Source of the DNA: Raillietiella orientalis
Lineage: Eukaryota
Direction: 5' to 3'
Length of the DNA: 64,000 bases
Assembly: GCA_036172245.1 (NCBI GenBank)
Contig: JAYWIR010000009.1
Coordinates: 3,038,001 to 3,102,000, forward strand
How positions within the stretch are numbered: position 1 is the stretch's first letter; every line of letters starts with the position of its first letter. A program made the position numbers and the translations under genes. The notes beneath the pieces were generated by a model, which ran no database searches, was not told the DNA's origin, and saw only the letters and a list, made by a program, of their open reading frames with translations. Below, in pieces: positions 54,401 to 64,000 of this stretch.

Positions 54401-56921
54401 AGCAGCTTCCATCCAAGGCTACGCACAAACACCAAGGAAACTTCCAGTCAGCTGCCCAAACTGGGGTTCTTGACCCCCGCAGAGGAACGGGGGTTCGGGA
54501 CAGGGTCGTACGACCAACAGCAGCACTCTGCAAAAACCCACTCCGCTCCCCGGAGGAGACAACGACAAAGAGTTGTTGCGCGACAAGAGGGAGCGTCAAG
54601 AGAACCGGGACAAAAGTCCTTGTCGTGGCGCCCACGCTCTTGGCCACCGTCAACCTCCTTCGGTACCACGGCACGGTGGAACCTTAGCCTCCGGCTACTT
54701 CCCTGGAGGCTGCCCGGCTGTTTCCGCTGCACCCCTTCCTCCGACGCTGGCCGCTCGCCGCCGAGCGTTCCCACCCGACCTCTTCGCATTCCCCGATTCG
54801 GAAACGTCTCTTTTCCGCGCCGGGGAAAGCGCCAGGAGGTCGATGACCCCTTTTCTGGTACACACGAGAGCGGCCTGCAGCATCGGACCGCGCCGCGAAG
54901 CCAAGCCGCTGCGGTTGGGGGAAATACGATTGGCGAGCCGGAAAGCCCAACAGCGGAGACCACCTGCGGACGTGCCAGCAGGTGCCAAGTGGGAAAGGAG
55001 AAATCGAGATTTCTGCTTTGCCCTGGGGCTCCTGCGCGCGCGCGTCGCCCTGATTTCGCGGAGCGACAAGGAAACTGACGCTCTCCCGCCATCGCCCCGA
55101 GGGCGCGCGCGGGCGATATGTGGCGCCGCGCGCCTGCGCGGAGAGCAGGAGCTCCTACTCCGGCGCTCTTCGATTCCCCTGGGAACGGGAGGGACGACGA
55201 GGCGCCACGCCAGGGAAAGCAGCCGCTGCTGGGGGGGGGGAGAAGAGCGCTCGCGGGAGGGAAGGCCGGGGACTCCCGCGACGCCTCTCTCCGGTCCCGC
55301 CAAGCGGATAAGCGCGCACGCTGCTTTGACAACGACGCGCTTCCATCGCGGGCGGAGCGCGAGCTCGCGCTTGCGCACTCGAGCGGCGTCTCCCGCTGGC
55401 AAGAATTCGCGCCGTGTCGTCATACCTATCGCTCGAGTACGCTTCTCTCTCTCTCTCTCTCTCTCTCCTTCCCCCCCTCCTCCCTCCCTTTCTCTCTCTC
55501 TCCGAGGGGGGAGGGAAGAAACGCCGCGGAACAGCAACCGACGGTCACCGAGCAACGGAGTAGGAAATCCGCCGGGCAACCGAGGCGGCGACGCGCAACC
55601 TGGTTTTCACACTGCTCAAGCCTTATACTGGTCCAGAGGATGCGGGGGGGGGGGAAGAAACGGGGAGAAAAACCGAACTCTTAGCCGATCGCGCCGTTTC
55701 CATTTCCGATGGTGCACGGACGCTGCGGCGTCCACCGAATCGCCGCCGCCGCCTTTCCCTTCCTCGAGACGCAACCGCAGATTGTGCATCAGCTGTTGTC
55801 ATACACGTGCAGTCGACGACGCGCCGTCTCATGAACACGCATGGACGTTACGGTACACGTATTAATAATACATAATGAGCGATATCAAACCGAATCGAAT
55901 TTGTACGCGATGTCCTTTTTTTTTTTTTTTTTTTTTTTTTTTTGCGACGGCACAGCCGCGTGGCGGCGGAGTCTCGCAGCCTCGTAACGAACGGGCGCAC
56001 TCCTAGATGGCTCCCCTGAAGCGAGGATGCGCCTGGATGGCAGCCCTTCTCCCCCCCGGGCTCGTGCGCGCGCCGGAGAGGCGGTCGCGGGCCCGGATCC
56101 CCCCTGCTCTTCGGCAGCCGAGAGAGCTGAGCGGCGGCGCCGCCTTTCTGGCGCCGCCGCTCGAACCGCTGCTCCCGCTTCCTCGCAGAGAGAGAGAGAG
56201 CAGAGGAAGAGAAAGCAGAAACCCTGCGTGGGACACGACCTCGACGCAACCCTCCAGGGCATCCCTCCGGAGCTGGTCGCTGGACGCGCGCGCCCACGAA
56301 GCCCGAAGGGGTCGAGGGTGGTGGCGGTAGAGAGAGGGCACATCGCAGCCACCCTACCTGCCATCCGGGAAGCCGCCGCTCAACTCGACGCGCACTGCTC
56401 CCCCCCCCCGTTTCTCCAGCGAAGCGAAGCGCGAGGGAAACTCTCAGGTGCCGCTAGAAATGGCGGGGAGCCGCCTGCAAGGGCGGAAGAGGAGGCGCCG
56501 TCGCGCGCAGGCGTCAAGACGCAGCAGTGCAGCAGGCGGGCGCGCCTCCTCCCGGCTCGAAATGATGAGCCCCGGCACCGCTTCCGAAAGGGGAAGGGAG
56601 AGGGGCGCTTTTCGTCCACCACCCTCCGTCCGGGCTTCGCTGCGCACCACCCCGCGCTCTGAGAGGAGAAAGGCGCCGCAGCGCGTGGATGGCTCGAGGG
56701 TCGTCGTCGTCGGCCGGTAGCTGGCCGCCCCTCCGTCCCCCCCCTCCGCCTCCCTGAAGGGCCCGGCCCTCGGTTAAAGCTTCCTTTTATTGAAGAGGTC
56801 GACCATGAGCCGTCCTTTTGATCAGGTACAGGCGAGAGAGAGAGAGAGAGAGAGAGAGACAAAGGGCCGAGGAACAGCACCGGGCCGGGGCGGGGCGGGA
56901 GGGGTGGAAAGGGGGCGGAGG

Positions 56922-57490
56922 TCACGTGCCCACGAGCACCTGGAAGAGGCAGTCGAACTCGTCCACCTGTGGCAGCGGCTTGAGAAGGCTGGAGCCCGCG
57001 GGGAACAGGTGGCACACGTCCTCGCTGCGCACGGGCTGCAGGGGGGTCAGACGCCAGGTGTCCTCGTCGGCCGCCCCCTCCCTCAGCGCAGGAGGAGGAG
57101 GGACCGCGTCCATGGAGGGGGGGTCGGCGGAAGCGAGGTCGGCGGCCGCGTCGGCGGCGACCTCCCCGCCCAGGCTGAGGACGGAGCACCAGTTGATGGG
57201 CGGCGCGTCCGCGTCCAGGAAGGAGGGAGGGCAGGAGGAGCTGGAGGTGGTGGTCGTGGTCGTGGGGGCGGCGGTGGTGGTCGAGGCGGCGGTGGTTGCC
57301 GCGACGACGGCGCTGTCCGGCGACGGTCTGAGCGACGACGGGGCGCACGAAGAGCTCGAAGGGTGGTGGTGGTGATGGTGGTGGTGGTGGTGATGATGGT
57401 GGTGGTAGAAGGGGTGGTGGTGAGAGTGGTGGGGGTGCTGCCACGGCGGAAGTTCCGGGCAGGAGGAGGGGGAGGGGGAGAAAGAAGAGG

Positions 57491-57556
<66 letters not shown>

Positions 57557-60500
57557 CGACGCCGGGCGCGGCGGAGGGCGTGGCAGGGGGAAGAGGAGAA
57601 GGAGGAGGAGGAGGTTCGGGCCCGCCCGTCCCTCCCCCACCGGGGGAGACGGGGGTCTCCGCGGGCGCCAGCCGGAAGCGGAAACCCTCGCGTTCCATCT
57701 CGCGCTCGATGAGCTTCAGGGTGTTGCAGATGAGCACGGAGCGGTGGAGGCTGGGCTCGGGCGCCTGCCGGAAGCGGTTCAGCTTGTGCACGGAGAGGTT
57801 CAGCACGAGCATCCGCTGGTGCGAGTAGGAGCGCCGCTGGCTGGCGCAGCAGCGCGCCGCCGCAGCCGTCAGCCTCCGCAGGGGCGCCACCAGTCCTCCC
57901 GCCCACACGTCCGTCGTCGTCGTCGTCATCGTCCGGCCGTCGGCGGGAGTCGTCGTCGCCGCCACCGCCGGCAGCAGAGGGGCTGCTGCAGCCGCATTGG
58001 TCGCAGGGTCCGGCGGCTCGCAGCACTTGAGGGTGGGAACGTTGTGATGGTGGTGGTGGTGATGGTGGTGGTGATGATGATGGTGGTTGTGGTGGTGGTG
58101 GTGGTTGTGGTGGCAGGGGCAAGGGGGGTGGGGAGGGGGGGCCTTGGCGGAGTAGCAGCCTACAGCAGCGGGCTCTTCGCCGCCCACGGGCGGGACCTTC
58201 GCGAACCAGTCGGGCGGCGGCGGCTGTGGCGGCGGCGGCGCGTAGTCCAGGGCCGGGGGGTCGAACGTGGCTTTCGAAAGGTCTGCCGCGAAGAAGCCTC
58301 CGCAGGCGGCGGCCACGCCGGCGCTCCTCTGCCCGTCTGCCTCGCACGCTTCCTCCAAGGAACCGTCGGGCGCCATCTTCTTGCCCAGGCCCTCGTCCTG
58401 CCAGCTCCACCTGCTGCCGCTGCCGAGCTTCCTCTTGACCGCCGCGGGGTACTGCTGGATGCCCATGATGTCTACCTGGAAAAGAAAAAAAGAAAAAGGA
58501 AAAAAGGGGGGGAGGAGAGAAAGAAAACGGGGCGGGAGGAAAAGGAGGCGGTTGCCAGGACGACGGCGGGCGCGGAAAAAAAGGAAAAAAAAAAAGGAAA
58601 GAAAGAAAAAAGGTGCCAGAGAAAGGGTGAAGGGACGGCTGGAAGGTAGAAAAAGAATGGCGGAAACAGTCGCACGACCAACCCCCAAGTCTGGGTGGCA
58701 GCGGAGTGGGGGTGGGAGCATGGAACAGTCTCTGTCACCGACCGACCGACCGACAGGAGAGAAAGGCGGGAGCGAGGAGATTTGGTCTTCCGCGCAAGAA
58801 GAACGAATTCCTCTTTCTCTTTTTCTCTCTCTCTCTCTCGTGCGCTCGCGGGCCGTGCTGCTGCCGATCGCCTCCGGCTGGCCGCAGCGCCACCCCTTTC
58901 TTTTCCTTCGCAGAGACCACCTCGGTGACCCACTTACTCTGGGCGCAGCGCCCAACGCCGTGCCGCGAAGAGCGCGCGCGAGGCAGCGGCGGCGGACGGG
59001 CTCTCGTCCGGCGCCAGCAGCGGCGCGCAAAAAAGCAGCAGCAGCCCCCGGTTACACCGAGGGCCACGTTTCCCCGGATACGCGGCGCGCTCCCGGGGGA
59101 AAAAACCGGCAGATCTGGCGAGCTAGCGCTCCCGCGCTCGGTCGGCGGGTGCGCTCGGCATTCGCCGCCCTCGCTTCCGTCCTCCTCCTCCTCCTTCCCC
59201 CCCAACCCCACCCCCCCCAAAGAGCGCGGACACAAAGGAAGCCAGCCGGAAGGTCGCTCCGTCCGCGGCCCGCCGCCATCCGGGTGTCCGCGCGCAGCAG
59301 CAGCAGCAGCAGCAGCGCTTTCCAGAGAGCTGCGGGCTCGCGCGGAAATAACACGGCAGCCGCAGCCGCCTCCGTGTGGGGAGGGAGAGGGAAATCCCAC
59401 GGAAGCAGGGGCCGTGGACCACGCGGAATTCCTCCTCTGCGGGTGCGCTTAATGCGCAGATCACATGCGGTCCTCTCCTCCTGCTCCTCCGCCAAGAGAA
59501 GCACCAAAAAAAAAAAAAGGGAAGAGGGAAAAAAACGAGTGGTTCTTGAGCTCTGGTCGGTTTCGACACTTTTTGCAAAACGCCACCGACGAAACGCAGG
59601 CCGTCGTCCGGAGCGACGCGCCATTTTTCCTCCGGTTCGGCCTTCGGCGCCGCTGACGCGCGCGCCTCGGGCCCGGACCCGGGCCGTCGCACGTCTCGGA
59701 CGGCGGGCAGCAGCAGCAGCAGGTCGTGTGTCCCACTTGCTTCTGCCCCCCACCCCCCTCTCCTTCCCACCCTCCTCCCCGTTCCTCACGGGAGGCTCCT
59801 AGGCCGCGTCTTGGGCTCGGGCCACCGGGAGGAGGTGGTCGCCACGGCGGCCGGTCCTCGGAAATCAACGAAGAGCGGAACCGTCCGTCTGCTGCCGCTT
59901 GTCATCGTCAAGAGCCGAGCGCAGGACGATCCCCACCCCTAAAACCAATGCGTTTGCTTGCAAATGGGAAAAACACACACACACACACATCATTTATCCC
60001 CCCCCCCCCCTCCCCCTGCATTCGTTGCTGTCGACTCTTTACAAATCAATCCCTGGCAGAACCGACTCTAAAAATAAGCGGTTCGGAGATATCGAGATAC
60101 GCATGGAGACCTTGCCTGGGAACCAAGGGGTTTCCTTCGCAGCACGCTCCGAAGAAAAGTCCACCCGGGAAGCGGTGCTTCCGAACTGCGGGAGCATCCA
60201 CTTCTTTGTTTGTTTGTTTGTTTTTTGTTTTGTTCCGCTTTTCGGGGGTGGAAATGGACGGGAAGGACTTCTTCCAGGACGCGGAAGGCGGCCGAGAAGT
60301 GGTTGCTGCTGCCCCCCCCCCCCCGCGCACCAACCACATCCGCCGCGGTGCACCGGAACACGGCTCGCGTCGCGCACCCGGCACACCTGGGACACGGGAA
60401 GCTGGCTCGGCAGGAGCACACGGCAGGGACTCGGTTGCAGCAGCAGAGCGCGCGCCTCGGCGGCATCTTCCGCACAGCCGGGTCAAATGTCAATAACAAT

Positions 60501-60614
60501 GCCGGCGGCTGCTGCAACACTGGGAAACACGCGAATCCGTGCGTGCCACGAGGAGGGGGAAAGCGTTTCCAGGGAGCACGCGCGACCAAAATTTTTCATC
60601 TTTGCTTTGTTCTT

Positions 60615-60647
<33 letters not shown>

Positions 60648-63205
60648 TTTTTTTCTATCTTTGATTTAGCGACCAAACGGATCCGCGTACTCGCGTACGC
60701 ACGCACGCACGCGTGCACGCATCGCGATCCGAACGCGGGAAAACGCAGCAGGCACGGCAGGCTCGAAGCCGAGAGAACGCTGTCAACCATAAACGCGAAG
60801 GGGAAAAAGAAATGCTGCTGGAAGGTTGGGAAGGGGGAGTTTTGTGACTCGCAGGTGCCAGCGATTTGGCTTCCAGCAGCTGCACGCTCGGCTAAACGAA
60901 AACGAGTTCCCGCAGAATATATATACGTGTGCGGTGTGTTTATTTATTTATATACGTACATAGATGTGTGTGCGTATTCCGAGTGCGCATGGCAACCCTG
61001 CTCGGAGCTGCAGGAGAGCCAGATGCTTTCCTATTCAGGAGGAGAAAAAAAAAGGGGGAAAAAAAAAAAAAAAAAAAAACGGAAACGAGAAAGAAAATCC
61101 CGAAACACGTACGTGGCAAGCAAACAGCGTCGGCTCCCAAGGGATTCCCCCCCCCCCTTAAAAAAAGAAAAAAAGAAAAAAAAAAAAAGGAGGAGGAATG
61201 CCTACTTGCAAACCACTGCGAGAAAGAAAAGAAAATAATAATAATAATAATAACAACAACCCCCACCACCACGAGCAGCAGCAGCAGCCGCAAGAATAAA
61301 AAGGACAAGAAGGGGGGGAAGGAGAAGAAGAAGAAAAAAAAAAAAAAAAAAAAAAAAAAGGAAGAAAAAAAAGAAAATGGGAAAACGTGAATGCCAGGCG
61401 ACTTGTGCGCGCACACGCCACTTTTTCCGGAGGGTTCTCCGTTCCCAGCGATACGAATGCTCGGAGCGTACATGCGGCGGCGGCGAGCGGAGGCCTCGCT
61501 CGCCTAACAACAGTTGGCAAGCAGCCAGCGAATGTGGCACGTAGAGAGAGACGCGGGCGAGGATCGAACGGAGATGAAGAAGAAGAAGAACGGAGGAACA
61601 AAAGCGGGCGGCCGGCTGCTGCTGCGGGCGCCAAATGTACGTGCGCGTACAAACTGCACCGGCGTAATGATAAAAACCGATCGTTCCACGGCCCGCGCTC
61701 CTTCCTCCTTGATATGATTAGCCGCCTTCAATACAGTCGGCGGAGATACATAGTTAATTCATAAATTTTTGCGACAGCACGTGCTTTCCCGTGAATCGCG
61801 CGCGGGAACGCCGTTTTCCAAGGCGAACCCCGCGAGTACTTGGCATTTCCGGAGCCCCCCCCCCCCCCGGAACGGATGGTCGGGAGCCGTCCGCGCACCA
61901 CCACGTCGCCGAAATAAAGGCTGCCACGGGGGGGGGGGAGGTCGCACGCGCACGCACAGTTACGCGCACGCGGTTGTGGTGGTGACCGGGAGGAAAGCGC
62001 TCCTGTTCGACGCTCGCCATTTCCTGCAAAAATCCTAACGTGGAAAAACCGCAGTTGTTTTGCAATCTTCTTTTTTTTCTCTCTCTCTCTTTTACCTCTC
62101 TCTCTCTCTCTCCTCCCTCCCCCCCTCTTCCCCCCCCCCTTCGTGAGTTTCGAGCGTGGAACATAGCTGGCGAACGTGTGCACGGTCACGTTTACATACG
62201 TGTGTGCGTGCGTGCAGGTTTTTATTTATTCACTTACGTATGTATGTATGTATGTATTTATCCCTCTCCTCCCCTCCCCCCTTCGCCCCTCTTTTTTTTT
62301 TTTTTTTTTTTCGCACGATGCCGCGGTTGTCATGGTAATAACGAGCATGCGGGCATTTTTGCAACCCACGGCGGTTCCGCAAATGCGCGAGTCACATGGT
62401 GTCATCCCGACGTCCGTGTCACAAGGCTGGGAAATTTTTCCATCCTCACGGTGGTCTGTGAAAAAAAAAAGGTGATTCCCGCTGCATCCCGAAGCCAAGT
62501 ATCCTGCTCCCCAGGGGAACCTCACGAGCAGCAGCGGGTTTGCTTCCCTTTTTTTTTTGAGCGTGAGTGTGTGTGTGTGTGTGTATGTGTGTGTGTCCCT
62601 ACTCGCGTACTGCTGATTTCCCGTTCCCCTTCCCCCCTTTTTTTTCCCTCCTTTAACATTACACATGACGTAACACGTACACTGCATGAACGTGTTTTTT
62701 CGTCTCTCCTTTTTCCCTTTAATGGGGGAGGGAGGGGCCTCTGCTGGAGATGCAACGTGCACGTACGAGAAAGAACCGGAATTCGCGCGGCGGAGGCGAC
62801 GTGGGGGTGATGGGGGGGGGGGAGGAAGGCGTGGGGAGGAGGCACCGGGGCGCACCGTGCCCGGCCCGCGGCACTCGTAAACGGAAACGTTCGGCAAGAC
62901 GGAGGGGCGACGGGGGGCAAAGGGGGGGGGGAGGTGAAAGAAAAGGAAGAAGAAAAAAAAAAACGGCAAACAAAACAACGCAAAAGAGAAGGGCGGCCCT
63001 ACGAAAGGAATGCACTGCAAAGTGAGCCCACGGCCGGCGCATGCGAAGACGCGCGCACAGAGAGACCGATAATTCGGAGGGATGCCAAAGAGGGAGGGAG
63101 GGAGCGTGAGAGAGAGAGAGAGAGAGAAGGAGAAACGGAAAAAGGCAGGCGGGAAAAAGGCAAACGAAGAGACCAACGCATACTCACCTGTTGCGAAGTC
63201 AGCAT
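56922..63205 (-). CDS. tara: SERTA-domain transcriptional co-regulator, taranis/SERTAD (TRIP-Br)-like, ~523 aa
   Basis: Main exon 58475-56922 follows a strong acceptor (ttcttttccag) and has MGIQ...VKRKL, SERTA QRMLVLNLSVHKLNRFRQAPEPSLHRSVLICNTLKLIEREM, INWCSVLSL and C-terminal DEFDCLFQVLVGT. Probable first coding exon 63205-63188 (MLTSQQ, CAG|GTGAGT, phase 0, in frame); internal ATG at 58466 is an alternative start. Confidence 0.9.
57492..57554. repeat. (GCA)9(ACA)4(GCA)8 trinucleotide repeat encoding poly-Cys on the minus strand
   Basis: Read directly; in the SERTA frame it gives 21 consecutive TGC/TGT codons. Confidence 0.95.
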
Positions 63206-64000
63206 CTTAGCCGAGAGCACTCATGGCTGGCGCCACTTTTTCCGCAGCGTGGAACGCGCGCTCGCTCCGCTCCGTACGCCCAGCCAGATCTGACCTGGCC
63301 TCGCTGTCGTTTCGAATCATGTGCTCCGGTACCTTCCCCACGCGCACAGGCGCTCATTGGCAGACACACACGGCATAGCGCGCGCGAGGAGGAGAGAAAT
63401 GGAACGAGCGAGAGGGAGGAGGGATGCAAGACTGGCGGCGGCGGCTGCGGAGCTCGCCCGAGTCGCCGCGTGACCCCGAAGCCTTCGGCTGTGACGAAGC
63501 GCGCGCCGCCGCCGCCGCCGCCGTGCAGGCCGCCGCGGCCAGCGTTTTTTTTCTCTTCCTTCCTCCTCCTCCGCCTTCTTCTTTCGTTGTTCCCTCTCTC
63601 TCTTTCTCTCTCTCCCTCTCCCTCTTCTCTCCTTTTTCTGCCGGGGGTGCGGGCGCGAGGGTGGGTTCCGGCAGGGACGGGAGCGGGGAGGACGCGGAGG
63701 GCTGCGGGCACGGCCCCCTCTTCCTGACGACGCTCGTCCAGCCGTGTGATCCCAACGCACGTCCCGGCCCGCCGCTCGACGCGTTTTTCTCTCCTCTCCC
63801 GGCCGTTTCGTCTTCGCCAGCGTGGTGCGTGAGCGCGCGCGTGCGTCGCGTTGCGTCACCGGCGGCGACGCATGTCGCAACGAGAGCGATGTATATCTCC
63901 GGGGATGGCCCGAAGTCTGCTCCCCTCCCCTTCTCCTCCCCTCCCTGCTCTTCCTCCTCCTCCCCGCCACCACAGCGGCCACCCCGCGCTCCCGCCGGTT

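Noticed and set aside
54182..56660. Long ORFs of 294-430 aa downstream of the SERTA gene
   Set aside because: They overlap on both strands, cross microsatellites and show no domain; consistent with GC-rich 3' UTR or intergenic DNA.
56380..58649. Long overlapping ORFs on the SERTA exon (619 aa antisense 56790..58649; 676 aa alternative frame 56380..58410)
   Set aside because: Low-complexity translations with no recognisable domain, expected from very high GC and trinucleotide repeats that lack stops.
58476..59030. N-terminal extension of the 702-aa ORF
   Set aside because: It runs through a long pyrimidine tract and acceptor at 58476, so it is intronic read-through rather than coding sequence.

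Overview
Eukaryotic (animal, probably arthropod; inferred from protein motifs) genomic DNA with four recognisable spliced genes: a PLEKHH/MAX-1-like PH-PH-MyTH4-FERM gene (+, ~0.4-9.0 kb), a DYRK1A/minibrain kinase (-, 39.4-41.4 kb, probable 5' exon near 50.1 kb), a POLR2M/Gdown1-like gene (+, 51.8-52.7 kb) and a taranis/SERTAD-like SERTA gene (-, 56.9-63.2 kb). The ~30 kb between the convergent PLEKHH and DYRK1A genes is a GC- and CpG-rich graveyard of decayed transposons: RLE-type NeSL/Utopia-like, L1/Tx1-like and possibly CR1-like retroelements, a pogo/Tigger-type MITE and an AT-rich foldback. Most notable observations: very short introns (down to 38 nt), some with purine-rich AAG acceptors and two sharing a 12-nt 3' motif; a 21-residue poly-Cys tract plus poly-His tracts in the SERTA protein; a uORF ending 1 nt before its predicted start; and a sharp AT-rich, CpG-depleted domain over DYRK1A and POLR2M with a CpG-richer divergent promoter. 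No CRISPR, rRNA or convincing tRNA gene was seen, and no clearly new multi-gene system can be claimed. Gene models and TE assignments are manual, from remembered motifs, with no database search.
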